The notes beneath the pieces are model-generated. The model searched no databases, was not told the DNA's origin, and worked only from the letters and a program-made list of their open reading frames with translations. Position numbers and translations under genes: made by a program. A DNA stretch of 59,579 nt from Acidobacteriota bacterium (lineage in GTDB: Bacteria; Acidobacteriota; Vicinamibacteria; Vicinamibacterales; 2-12-FULL-66-21), in the NCBI GenBank assembly GCA_039648985.1, contig JBBWZJ010000297.1:1-59579 (forward strand), given 5' to 3'. Shown here piece after piece: positions 18,071 to 27,321 of this stretch (positions within the stretch are counted from its first letter, which is position 1; the number at the start of each line of letters is the position of its first letter).

Positions 18071-19609
18071 ATGCAGACGACCCTGGGTACGCCGACGCTC
18101 TCGGCGATCGTGTTCTTCCTGCTGATCGTGGCCTTCACGCTCGCTGTCACGTACTGGGCGGCGCGGCGGACGCGCTCGACGAGCGATTTCTACGCCGCAA
18201 ACCGGTCTGTCAGCCCGCTGCAGAACGGCCTGGCGCTCGCCGGCGACTACATGAGCGCGGCATCATTCCTGGGCATTACCGGCCTCGTGGCGCTCCGGGG
18301 ATACGACGGGATGATCTACGCCACAGGCTGGCTGGTGGGATGGCCGGCGCTGATGTTCCTGATTGCCGAACCCCTGCGCAACCTGGGCAAGTTCACGTTT
18401 GCCGATGTCGTGGCGTTCCGCCTCCGGCAGGTGCCGGTCCGGATTGCCGCGGCGTTCGGCGGGATTCTCACGCTGCTTTTCTACGTGCTCGCGCAGATGG
18501 TCGGCGCCGGCAACCTGATCACGCTGATGTTCGGGCTTCCGTACGAGTGGGCCGTCATCAGCGTGGGCGTGGTGATGCTCGCGTATGTGCTCTTCGGCGG
18601 GATGATCGCGACAACGTGGGTGCAGATCACGAAGGCCGTGCTGCTCCTCTTCGGCGTCACGCTGTTGACCGGGATGGTGCTCGCGCGCTTCCACTTCTCC
18701 CCCGGTGCGCTCTACGCGGCGGTGGCCGCGCGCTACGGCCAGGCCGCGCTCGAGCCCGGTGGCCTCGTCAAGGATCCGGTTGATGCCGTGTCGCTCGGGA
18801 TCGCGCTCATGTTCGGACTCCTCGGGCTGCCGCACATCCTGATGCGTTTCTACACCGTGCCTGATGCGCGTGCCGCGCGGACGTCGGTGCTGTACGCCAC
18901 GGGGTTCATCGGCTACTTCTACCTGATTATTCCCATCGTGGGCTTCGGCGCGTCGGCGCTGGTCGGCCGCGAGATCATCAAGTCGGTGGACGCCGGCGGC
19001 AACATGGCGGCCCCGCTCATCGCAGAGCTGCTCGGCGGGACGCCCTTCCTCGGTTTCATCGCCGCGGTCGCGTTCGCGACGATTCTCGCCGTCGTGGCGG
19101 GGCTGACGCTCGCGGGCGCGAGCGCGCTGTCGCACGACATCTTTACGCATGCGATCAGGAAGGGCCGCGCGTCGGAGCAGGAACAGATCCGTGTCGCGCG
19201 CGTGGCAACGGTTGCGTTCGGAGTGCTGGCGGTGATTCTGGGCATCCTGTTCAAGGGGCAGAATGTCGCCTTCATGGTGGGGCTGGCCTTCGCGGTTGCG
19301 GCTAGCGCCAACTTTCCCGCGCTGCTGCTCTCCATCGTCTGGCGCCGGTTCAATACCGCCGGTGCGGTGTCCTCGATTGTGACCGGCGCGGTGGCGTCCG
19401 TTGTCCTGATCGTATTGAGCCCGACGATCTGGGTGGACCTGCTGCACAACCCGCACGCGCTCTTTCCACTCCGCAATCCCGCGATCATCTCGATGCCCGC
19501 CGGGTTCCTCGCAGGGGTCGTGGCATCGCTCGCCGTGCATGAACCGGACGCGGAGTCGCGATTCCACGACGAGAAGCTCAGGACGTACCTCGGCGTCGGC
19601 GCGGAGTAA
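18071..19609 (+). CDS. actP: cation/acetate symporter (SSS family)
   Basis: The N-terminus is FFLLIVAFTLAVTYWAARRTRSTSDFYAANRSVSPLQNGLALAGDYMSAASFLGITG. The whole-length SSS topology and the pairing with yjcH match ActP. Confidence 0.9.
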   Translation: MQTTLGTPTLSAIVFFLLIVAFTLAVTYWAARRTRSTSDFYAANRSVSPLQNGLALAGDYMSAASFLGITGLVALRGYDGMIYATGWLVGWPALMFLIAEPLRNLGKFTFADVVAFRLRQVPVRIAAAFGGILTLLFYVLAQMVGAGNLITLMFGLPYEWAVISVGVVMLAYVLFGGMIATTWVQITKAVLLLFGVTLLTGMVLARFHFSPGALYAAVAARYGQAALEPGGLVKDPVDAVSLGIALMFGLLGLPHILMRFYTVPDARAARTSVLYATGFIGYFYLIIPIVGFGASALVGREIIKSVDAGGNMAAPLIAELLGGTPFLGFIAAVAFATILAVVAGLTLAGASALSHDIFTHAIRKGRASEQEQIRVARVATVAFGVLAVILGILFKGQNVAFMVGLAFAVAASANFPALLLSIVWRRFNTAGAVSSIVTGAVASVVLIVLSPTIWVDLLHNPHALFPLRNPAIISMPAGFLAGVVASLAVHEPDAESRFHDEKLRTYLGVGAE

Positions 19610-19615
19610 TCGCTG

Positions 19616-20626
19616 GTGCAGGCGCGGTCCCCGGCCTTGGTCGTCGCTGCGGCTTTCGCCGCGGCCTGCGGTCACAGCCCGCTGATCTCGCCGCCGCCGG
19701 AGGCACCGACGATTGCCTGCCCTGCCGACATGACGATCCGCGGAGTCGCGGGGACCGGCCGCGAAGTCGCGTTCACGGGCCCGACCACGCACGGCGGCAC
19801 GCTGCCACTGTCGCTCGCCTGCGCACCTGCCTCAGGCGCGGTCTTTACCACAGGTCAGACACCTGTCGCGTGCACCGTGATGGACGCCCAGGGACGCCAA
19901 GCCGGCTGTTCGTTCTCCGTCACGCTGACCCCGCTCCTCCTGGGTGTGACGCGCTTCATCGCGTTCGGAGACAGCGTGACAGCGGGGGAGAACGGTCGTC
20001 CCGGGCTGGTCAACGGGTTCATCGACTTTCCCAACCTCTACCCGCTGGATCTCGAGCAGATGCTGAACACCGAGTACCCGGGCCAGGGCATAGTCGTGCT
20101 CAACCGCGGCGCCGGAGGTGATTCGGTCGAGCGTAGCGTCGAGAAGCTGCCGGCGATCCTGGAGGCGGATCACGGCGGCGCGCTGCTGCTCCTCGACGGG
20201 TACAACAATCTGCTCGCGGAGTGCTCGCCCGGGCATTCCGACAGCGGGGCGTGCGCGAGGAAGATCGATGACGTGGTGAGCGGGTTGCGGCAATGCGTAC
20301 GAATCGCGCAGGTCTCGGCCTACGGCATCAAGTACGTCTACGTCAGCGCGATTACGCCGCCGGGTCTCTTTAGAGGAGGACCCCGGGATCGCCGGATTGC
20401 CGCCGATGCCGTCGTACGGACCAACTCCGCGATGTCGGCGATGGTGAACGGGGAGGGCGCGATCTTCGTCGACACATACGCCCGGTTCCTCGGCCACGAA
20501 GCCGAGTACGTGGACCAGGACGGGCTCCACCTCAGTCCCGCGGGCTACGAGGCACTGGCGCGTGGATTCTTCGAGCGCATCAAGGAGACCGTCGCCGCGA
20601 CGCCCGCCTTCCGGACCCGCCGCTGA
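19616..20626 (+). CDS. lipoprotein with HYR domain fused to an SGNH/GDSL hydrolase
   Basis: It has a lipobox (AAFAAAC). The HYR-like segment is PTIACPADMTIRG...VAFTGP...CAPASGAVFTTGQTPVACTVMDAQGRQAGCSFSVTL. The SGNH blocks are FIAFGDSVTAGE, GAGGD, LLLDGYNN and DGLHLSPAGY. Confidence 0.85.
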   Translation: MQARSPALVVAAAFAAACGHSPLISPPPEAPTIACPADMTIRGVAGTGREVAFTGPTTHGGTLPLSLACAPASGAVFTTGQTPVACTVMDAQGRQAGCSFSVTLTPLLLGVTRFIAFGDSVTAGENGRPGLVNGFIDFPNLYPLDLEQMLNTEYPGQGIVVLNRGAGGDSVERSVEKLPAILEADHGGALLLLDGYNNLLAECSPGHSDSGACARKIDDVVSGLRQCVRIAQVSAYGIKYVYVSAITPPGLFRGGPRDRRIAADAVVRTNSAMSAMVNGEGAIFVDTYARFLGHEAEYVDQDGLHLSPAGYEALARGFFERIKETVAATPAFRTRR

Positions 20627-20669
20627 CCGCCGCTGCGACGCGGTTCGGTTCTGTGTTCGCAGCGACGAA

Positions 20670-21839
20670 ATGGTAACGGCTGCCGCGAGATGCGCGAGAA
20701 ACCGCGATCGGAATGCACCGGCGGCGACCGGCACTGCCCTTGCTGCTGCCCTGGTCTTCATGCTGCAGGTGTTTCTCGTCGCGACGCTCGCGCTCGCTGG
20801 TGCTCAAGCGCTGCCGCAGGGGCCGCTGCGCGCCGGGTGGGAAGCGCTCCAGCGCGGGGACGCTGAACAGGCGGCCGTCGCCTTCCGCCAGGCTGTCGCC
20901 GCTGACCCGCGCGACGCGGCCGCGCTCGCCGGTGCCGGCGCCGCAGCGCATCTCCTCGGCCGCGACGACGAGGCGATTGCGTTTCTGAAGCGGGCGCTGT
21001 CGAGAGACCCCGAGTTCGTCTATGCCGCCCACCTGCTCGGCGAGATCGCTTACACGCAGGGGGATCTCGACCTCGCGATCAAGTCCTACGAACGCGTGAT
21101 CAAGGTCGCCCCGGGCAACCGCGCCGTCTACCAGCAGCTCGATGCATGGAAGAAGGAGGCCGCCCTCCACGATGGCTTCGTGACGAGGCCCGGCGTGCGG
21201 TTCAACGTGCTCTTCGAAGGTCCCGCGCAGGCGCCGATCGCGGACAAGGTGTCGCAGGTGCTCGAGGCGAGCTATCTGCGGGTCGGTCGGGCCCTCAATG
21301 CTTACCCGAGCGAAGCGATTACGGCGATCCTCTACACGAAGGAACAGTTTCGCGATGTGACGCGGGCGCCGATGTGGGCGGCCGGGGCTTACGATGGGCG
21401 GATCCGCATTCCGGTGCTCGGTGCGCTGCGGACGCCGGGCGAGCTGGAGCGGGTCGTTTCGCACGAGTTCGTGCACGCGCTCATTCAGTCTGTCGCGCCG
21501 CGCGGTGTGCCGACCTGGCTGAACGAAGGCCTCGCGACGTATTTCGAGCCCGCGGACCACGGCTGGATGCTGCAGCGGCTGCGGACCGCGCCTGCGCTCA
21601 TTCCCCTCGCCCGGCTCGAAGAGAGCTTCACGCAGCTCGAAGGAGTCGATCCGATCCTCGCATATGCCGAGAGCGTCGTCGCGGCGCGCCTGCTCGTCGA
21701 GCGGCTGGGGCCGAACTTCCCTGTGTTCCTTCAGTACGTGGGCAACGGCACGTCGCTCGAGCAGTCGCTCCTGCTCTTCAACATCAGCGCGGCCGATGTC
21801 GAGCGTGAATGGGCCCGCCGGACGCGGGCCTCGCGGTAG
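20670..21839 (+). CDS. TPR-repeat protein with C-terminal HExxH (peptidase MA-like) domain
   Basis: It has a signal/anchor (ALAAALVFMLQVFLVATLALAGAQA), TPR-like repeats (AEQAAVAFRQAVAADPRDAAAL..., LDLAIKSYERVIKVAPGN) and the metalloprotease motif VSHEFVHALIQ. ATG 20760 is an alternative start. Confidence 0.8.
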   Translation: MVTAAARCARNRDRNAPAATGTALAAALVFMLQVFLVATLALAGAQALPQGPLRAGWEALQRGDAEQAAVAFRQAVAADPRDAAALAGAGAAAHLLGRDDEAIAFLKRALSRDPEFVYAAHLLGEIAYTQGDLDLAIKSYERVIKVAPGNRAVYQQLDAWKKEAALHDGFVTRPGVRFNVLFEGPAQAPIADKVSQVLEASYLRVGRALNAYPSEAITAILYTKEQFRDVTRAPMWAAGAYDGRIRIPVLGALRTPGELERVVSHEFVHALIQSVAPRGVPTWLNEGLATYFEPADHGWMLQRLRTAPALIPLARLEESFTQLEGVDPILAYAESVVAARLLVERLGPNFPVFLQYVGNGTSLEQSLLLFNISAADVEREWARRTRASR

Positions 21840-22052
21840 CCGGCGCTCACCTGCAGCGACGCAGAGCTTGCAAGTTCCTCTGTCGCGACGCACAATCGCG
21901 CCGTTCCCGCACTGAGCTCCGCCGTCCGTTGACGCTCGAACGCCCGCGCGGCGATGCAGTGCCCGTCAGCAATCCAGAGTAGAGACAGGCCGCAGGCTGA
22001 CCGCCGCGATCGTCGAGAGTCTCGGGAGACCCGGTGATCCGCCCTCCTCAAC

Positions 22053-23573
22053 ATGCCCAAGAACATCATCATCTGTGCCGACGGCACTGGAAACACAACC
22101 GTCAAGGGCCGCGGCACGAACGTCTTCAAACTGTATGAGGCCGTTGACGGAAACGGCCACCGCGCCGATCCGCGGCTGACCCAGCAGGTCGCCATTTATC
22201 ATGACGGGGTCGGCACCGAAGTGTACAAGTGGGTACGGATCGCGTCGGGGGCGACCGGATGGGGGCTCAGTCGCAACGTCAAGCAGCTGTACGCCGAACT
22301 GGCGCGCGTCTATCAGCCTGGCGATCGTATTTACCTGTTCGGCTTCAGTCGCGGCGCGTTCACTGTACGCACGCTCGCCGGCCTCATCACGACATGCGGC
22401 ATCCTGGATCTCGACAAGTACCGGACGAACCTGAGATTCCGTAGGGGCATCCGGTCGTCCTATCTGGCGTACCGCCGGAAGTACCAGACGTGGCTCTCGA
22501 AGCACGTGCTCGGCGCTCGCACGATCGAGCCTGCGGCGCTGCGCGAGGCGTTCTCCGTGGACATCCCGGGATTCACCGATTCGGCGCGGCCCGTCATCGA
22601 GTTCATCGGCGTCTGGGACACGGTCGATGCCGTGGGGCTGCCGTTCAGGCTCGCCGATGTCGTCAACCAGGTGTTCTGGCGCTTCAAGTTCCCTGACACG
22701 CACCTGAGCGATCATGTCGCGTATGCATGCCACGCCCTTGCGCTCGATGAAGCGCGCCAGAGCTTCGCGCCGGTCCTGTGGCAGGAACGGCCCGGCGACG
22801 GCGCCCGCGTCGAGCAGGTCTGGTTTGCGGGCGTGCACTCGAATGTCGGAGGCGGGTATCCCCGCCAGGGCATGTCGCTCGTCGCGCTCGACTGGATGAT
22901 GAAGCGTGCCGAAGCTCGCGGACTCCGTTTCGTGCCCGAGCTCCGCGATCTCTACAACGGCGCCGCGGACGTGAACGACAAGGGGTACGATTCCCGATCC
23001 GGCCTTGGCGTGTTCTACCGGTGGAAGCCGAGGGACGTGCAGGCCATCTGCGGCAACTGCGGTGTGTCGCCGAAGATCCACCGTTCGGTCTTCGAGCGCA
23101 TCGCGAGGAACACCGAGGGCTACGCTCCCGGATCGCTGCCGACGGACGTCGAAGTCATCAGCACGACGCTTCCGCCGAACGTTCTCGACTCGATCGCGGC
23201 GACGCTCAGAGCCGCCTTCAACGGCGCGCCGCCGCTGCTCCGCCAGCGCCCGCGATGGCGGGTCATCGGAGTCACCGGCTACGTCATCCTCATCGCCGCT
23301 GTGGTTACGCTGCTCGCCCTGATCTTCGCGACGTTCATCCGCGACGCCCGCGCCACCGGTGGGGGGTGGCGTGCCACGACGCTGGCAGTCGCGAACACCG
23401 CGGTCAGCTCTCATTGGCTGAACGTGATCCTCCGCACTGCCTGGCACCGCCCATGGGTGATCGGCATGGTGGCGGCATCGCTCACCCTGCTGCTGTGGGC
23501 CGATCGGAAGCTCGACGCCTTCTACTCGGAATTCTGGCACGGCGTCCGCCGGAAGCTGCGGGAGGCGCTGTAG
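22053..23573 (+). CDS. DUF2235 (Tle1-like alpha/beta hydrolase) protein with C-terminal TM helices
   Basis: The N-terminus is MPKNIIICADGTGN, with a nucleophile elbow YLFGFSRGAFTVRTLAG and the motif GVWDTVDAVG, all typical of DUF2235. Hydrophobic helices (VIGVTGYVILIAAVVTLLALIFATFI, PWVIGMVAASLTLLLW) lie near the C-terminus. Confidence 0.85.
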   Translation: MPKNIIICADGTGNTTVKGRGTNVFKLYEAVDGNGHRADPRLTQQVAIYHDGVGTEVYKWVRIASGATGWGLSRNVKQLYAELARVYQPGDRIYLFGFSRGAFTVRTLAGLITTCGILDLDKYRTNLRFRRGIRSSYLAYRRKYQTWLSKHVLGARTIEPAALREAFSVDIPGFTDSARPVIEFIGVWDTVDAVGLPFRLADVVNQVFWRFKFPDTHLSDHVAYACHALALDEARQSFAPVLWQERPGDGARVEQVWFAGVHSNVGGGYPRQGMSLVALDWMMKRAEARGLRFVPELRDLYNGAADVNDKGYDSRSGLGVFYRWKPRDVQAICGNCGVSPKIHRSVFERIARNTEGYAPGSLPTDVEVISTTLPPNVLDSIAATLRAAFNGAPPLLRQRPRWRVIGVTGYVILIAAVVTLLALIFATFIRDARATGGGWRATTLAVANTAVSSHWLNVILRTAWHRPWVIGMVAASLTLLLWADRKLDAFYSEFWHGVRRKLREAL

Positions 23574-23713
23574 CGAATCGTCGACGTACGACCTGCAACT
23601 CCGGTGTAGAGTCGCCCACGCGCGTTCACGGCCGGAGATCCCTCCGTCCCGAGTCTGTCGCGTCCGATCGATCAGCGCCCGGTCGAAGCAGGCCGCGGCT
23701 CCGGGAGACACGC

Positions 23714-25063
23714 ATGCGCTTGCCGTTCGTCGTGGTTCTTGCGTTCGCCGCTGCGGCAACCGCGCGCAGCCAGGGCGCTCCGCCCGAACGCAAAGGGGTG
23801 AGGCTCGCCGACATCACCTGGCAGCAGGCCGCAGATGTCCTCGGTCCTGAGACCGTCGTCGTGATTCCGCTTGGCGCGGGGTCGAAGGAACACGGGCCGC
23901 ATCTCAAGCTCGGGAACGATGCGATCCTCGCCGATTACCTCACCCGGCGCGTGCTGGAAGCGTCCAAGGTCGTTGTCGCGCCGGCCTTGCCCTACCACTT
24001 CTATCCGGCCTTCACCGAGTACCCCGGGTCGACGTCGCTCACCCTCGACACGGCACGTGCGCTGACGACGGAAGCGGCGCGCGCGGTGTCCCGGTTCGGG
24101 CCGAGGCGCTTTTACGTGCTGAATACCGGCGTGTCGACGACGAGGGCGCTCGAGCCAGCGGCGGCCGTTCTGGCGTCGGAAGGCTTGCTGCTCCGATATA
24201 CGGACCTGACAACACAGCTCGACCGCGCGTCCGCGCTGATCCGGCAGGAGGAAGGGGGGACGCACGCGGACGAAGTGGAAACGTCGATGATGCTGTACAT
24301 CGATCCGGCATCCGTGGACATGACACGCGCCGTCAAGGAATTCAGCCCGTCGTCCGGCGCGCTGCACCTGACGCGGCGTCGCGGCGCTGACGGCACCTTC
24401 TCCGAGAGTGGCGTCTGGGGCGATCCCACGCTTGCCACCCGAGAGAAGGGACGTGTGATCGTCGAGTCGCTGATTGCCGGCATCCTCGCGGACATCGACG
24501 CGATCCGCCGGGCGACACCGCCCGTCCCGGGCGGCAGCGCCGTGTTGGGCGCGGGCGCGGTCCCTTCACGCTCCGCGATGCGCATGGGTCCTGCGGCGCC
24601 TGGCACCTGCACGCCCGGCGACGAACGCTCGATCCGAGGCATGGGGGACGCCCTGACCCTGCACTGGCACAACGCCGACGCCACGCAGCTCGCGGCACTC
24701 TGGTCGTCGGAAGGCGACGTCGTGCATCCCGACGGCCTCACGGAGCGGAGCCGGGAGACGATCCGGGCAAACCGCGCTGCGCTGTTCCTGCGGCGGGAGT
24801 ATCGCGGCTCTGCGCATCCGGTCACCCTCGGACCTGTCCGCTGCATCGGTCCTGACGTCGCCGTCGCGGACGGCCGGTGGGAGATGCGCGGCGTCACGGA
24901 CGCCGGAGGCGCGGCCCTGCCGACCTTCGAGGGCCTCGTGACGCTCGTCCTGAGTCGCGCCGGCGGGGGCTGGTCGATCGAGGCGTATCGCTACACCCAG
25001 AAGCCGGCGGCAGCGGCGCTGCCCACCTGGTTGAAGCGGCCAGGGTATCCCGGAGGTGTGTGA
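23714..25063 (+). CDS. secreted creatininase-family amidohydrolase fused to a SnoaL-like/DUF4440 (NTF2-fold) domain
   Basis: ATG 23714 (MRLPFVVVLAFAAAATARSQ) lies inside track ORF 22778..25063. The creatininase motifs are VIPLGAGSKEHGPHL and GTHADEVETSMMLYI. The C-terminal 130 aa (LHWHNADATQLAALWSSEGDVVHPDG...WSIEAYRY) resembles SgcJ/EcaC-type NTF2-fold domains. Confidence 0.8.
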   Translation: MRLPFVVVLAFAAAATARSQGAPPERKGVRLADITWQQAADVLGPETVVVIPLGAGSKEHGPHLKLGNDAILADYLTRRVLEASKVVVAPALPYHFYPAFTEYPGSTSLTLDTARALTTEAARAVSRFGPRRFYVLNTGVSTTRALEPAAAVLASEGLLLRYTDLTTQLDRASALIRQEEGGTHADEVETSMMLYIDPASVDMTRAVKEFSPSSGALHLTRRRGADGTFSESGVWGDPTLATREKGRVIVESLIAGILADIDAIRRATPPVPGGSAVLGAGAVPSRSAMRMGPAAPGTCTPGDERSIRGMGDALTLHWHNADATQLAALWSSEGDVVHPDGLTERSRETIRANRAALFLRREYRGSAHPVTLGPVRCIGPDVAVADGRWEMRGVTDAGGAALPTFEGLVTLVLSRAGGGWSIEAYRYTQKPAAAALPTWLKRPGYPGGV

Positions 25064-25117
25064 CCGGCGCCTGGCGAATCGTTCTCCGCAGCACGGAGCG
25101 TGGTACCCTCGGACGTC

Positions 25118-25771
25118 ATGTCTGTATTGACCCGATTGTTCCAGAACAACGCCGGCTGGGCGGCGCGGATGGTGGAGCGCGACCCGCAGTTCTTCGCGCA
25201 GCTCCAGCAGCAGCAGGCTCCTGAATACCTCTGGATCGGCTGCTCGGACAGCCGCGTCCCCGCGAACGAGATCGTCGATCTCGCTCCCGGCGAGCTGTTC
25301 GTCCATCGCAACGTCGCGAACGTCGTCGTCCACACGGACCTCAATTGCCTGTCCGTGCTCCAGTACGCCATCGACGTGCTTCGCGTCCGCCACGTGATCG
25401 TCACCGGCCACTACGGGTGCGGCGGCGTCCGCGCGGCGTTCGAGCGATCGAAGCTCGGCCTGATCGACAACTGGCTCCGGCATGTCGAGGACGTCCGCCA
25501 GCGACACGAGGCGGAACTCTCGGCGCTCGAGCCTGACGCCGCGTTCGACAGGCTTTGCGAGCTGAACGTCATCGAGCAGGCGCGCCACGTCTGCGAAACC
25601 ACCGTCGTTCAGGATGCCTGGGCGCGGGGGCACGAGCTCGCGGTGCACGGCTGGATCTACGGACTGAAGGACGGACGGCTCCAGGATCTGCAATTCATGG
25701 CGACAGGACCGGGGGATATGGGGCCCGCGTACGACCGGGCGATCGGTAACGTGTCCGTCGGCTCCTCCTGA
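25118..25771 (+). CDS. can: beta-class carbonic anhydrase
   Basis: It is near-colinear with E. coli Can: FFAQLQQQQAPEYLWIGCSDSRVPANEI...GELFVHRNVANVV.HTDLNCLSVLQYA...GHYGCGGV...LCELNVIEQ. GTG 25100 is an alternative start. Confidence 0.92.
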   Translation: MSVLTRLFQNNAGWAARMVERDPQFFAQLQQQQAPEYLWIGCSDSRVPANEIVDLAPGELFVHRNVANVVVHTDLNCLSVLQYAIDVLRVRHVIVTGHYGCGGVRAAFERSKLGLIDNWLRHVEDVRQRHEAELSALEPDAAFDRLCELNVIEQARHVCETTVVQDAWARGHELAVHGWIYGLKDGRLQDLQFMATGPGDMGPAYDRAIGNVSVGSS

Positions 25772-25802
25772 CGCACGGGCCCGGGACGCCGCATCGGGAC
25801 CG

Positions 25803-26102
25803 TCACATGCTCCAGCCCGAGCCGCCCAGCCACCATGCCCACGCGACCGCGTGGACGGCAACTATGAGGGTGAAGACGATCATGTAGTGCCGCTTCCGGC
25901 GTTTATGACGGAAGACATGCTGCGCTGCCCAGGCGCCCGGCCAGCCGCCGAGCAGCTCGAGCGCGTGCAATGTCGACTCGCTGATCCGCCATTCCCCGCG
26001 CTCCGCACGCCGCTTGTCCACGCCGCAGGCGGCAAACGCAACCACGCTCATCACGGCGTAGATTGCGATCACACCTGTCGCGACGGGGGTCATCTCAGGC
26101 AT
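25803..26102 (-). CDS. DUF1294 membrane protein
   Basis: The motif CGVDKRRAERGEWRISESTLHALELLGGWPGAWAAQHVFRHKRRK is the characteristic DUF1294 core. Confidence 0.8.
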   Translation of the reverse strand: MPEMTPVATGVIAIYAVMSVVAFAACGVDKRRAERGEWRISESTLHALELLGGWPGAWAAQHVFRHKRRKRHYMIVFTLIVAVHAVAWAWWLGGSGWSM

Positions 26103-26114
26103 CTCAGGGGGCAG

Positions 26115-27134
26115 TCAGCGAGCCACGCCGTACTGCGCGGCCAGCGTGCGGAACCGCGAGGACTGCAGGAACGTCGTCGCTGTGCCGGCGCGCCGCGTGA
26201 TGAGCGCGGCGGTTTCGGGACGATCCTCGATGAGCGCGAGGCCGCGGTCGGCGCCGATCACGCTGACGGCCGTGTCCAGTCCGTCCGCGTCGATCCCATT
26301 TCGGGCGATCACGGTCACGGTGATGTCGTCCATCAGGCCCATGCCGGTTGCCGGATCGATGATGTGCGAGTAGCGCCGGCCGCCGGCATCGAGGTGCTGC
26401 TCGCTGCTGCCGGCCGTCGAGACCGCCGCATGCGACAGTTCCAGCACCCTCGGGACCTCGGGGTCAGCGGCATCATCCGAGCGGACTCCGATCTGCCACC
26501 CGCGATGGCCTGGCGGGGGGTCGCTGAAGGCGAGATCGCCGCTCACGGCGACGAGCGCGCTTCGAACACCCAGCCGGCTGAGCACCGCGATGGCTTCGCT
26601 CGCGGCAAAACCTTTCGCGATCGCCCCGACGTCGAGCGCCATCCCGGGCATGTCGAACGAGACCGTGCGACGGTTTACGTCCAGGTGCAGCTTGCGGAAG
26701 CCCGTGCGGCTCGCCGCGTCCTTCAACGCCGTCGGATCCGGCACACGGCCTGTCTTCCGCGCCTCGCGCCAGAGGCGGATGACCGGGCCGAGGGTGATGT
26801 CGAAGGCGCCGCCGGTCGCACCCGCCAGGTCCTGCGATGCCCGCAGCACGGCGAACAGATCGTCGCTGACGGGCGTCACCCGCTGGACGGCCGTCCGTGC
26901 GACCTCGTTCAGTTCGCTGTCAGCCTGATAGTCGGAGAGGGTGCGATCCAGATGCGCGATGCGATCGAAGGCGGCGCGGAACGCATCGTTCGCCGCCTGC
27001 TCACTCCGCGCGAATACGGTGATTCGCACGAGCGTGCCCATGTGCGGCTCCACCGCCTCGAACCGTTTCAGCTCCGGCTCGGGCAGTACCGCCAGCGCCA
27101 GCACCGACGCGCTCACCCGCAGGAGCCAATGCAT
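26115..27134 (-). CDS. apbE: FAD:protein FMN transferase
   Basis: The protein is ApbE-like throughout (HMGTLVRITVFA, DITLGPVIRLW, LDVGAIAKGFA, SGDLAF, VSTAGSSEQ..., YSHIIDPATG) and has a signal-like N-terminus. Confidence 0.88.
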   Translation of the reverse strand: MHWLLRVSASVLALAVLPEPELKRFEAVEPHMGTLVRITVFARSEQAANDAFRAAFDRIAHLDRTLSDYQADSELNEVARTAVQRVTPVSDDLFAVLRASQDLAGATGGAFDITLGPVIRLWREARKTGRVPDPTALKDAASRTGFRKLHLDVNRRTVSFDMPGMALDVGAIAKGFAASEAIAVLSRLGVRSALVAVSGDLAFSDPPPGHRGWQIGVRSDDAADPEVPRVLELSHAAVSTAGSSEQHLDAGGRRYSHIIDPATGMGLMDDITVTVIARNGIDADGLDTAVSVIGADRGLALIEDRPETAALITRRAGTATTFLQSSRFRTLAAQYGVAR

Positions 27135-27188
27135 GACCGTCTCGCCTCGTGCGTCCTCGTCAGGGCGATCTCACACCGGACGGATCAC

Positions 27189-27244
27189 CCAGCACCATGG
27201 CACCCTTGCACCTTGGCACCATGGCACCTTGGCACCCCTGGCCC
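27189..27244. repeat. octanucleotide tandem array, 7 units (NNKGCACC)
   Basis: Read directly: CCAGCACC, ATGGCACC, CTTGCACC, TTGGCACC, ATGGCACC, TTGGCACC, CCTGGCCC. It lies between the FGE terminator hairpin and the apbE start. Confidence 0.9.
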
Positions 27245-27283
27245 GCCATCGCCGCGAAGCGGCTACGGCGAGGTCTCGCCAAA

Positions 27284-27305
27284 GCCCGCCGACTGACGGG
27301 CGGGC
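27284..27305 (-). terminator. intrinsic-terminator-like hairpin downstream of the FGE-family gene
   Basis: On the minus strand it reads GCCCGCC-CGTCAGTC-GGCGGGC followed by TTTGG, 17 nt after the stop at 27322. Confidence 0.55.
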
Positions 27306-27321
27306 GGAGGCGGACACCCTC

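Noticed and set aside
21966-23759. A 597-aa minus-strand ORF, plus similar long ORFs at 18263-19792, 20580-21893, 24566-25861, 39850-41316, 43255-44898, 50109-51974 and 56556-57803.
   Set aside because: All are antisense or out of frame relative to genes with clear family motifs. They are Arg/Pro/Gly/His-rich and have no motifs of their own.
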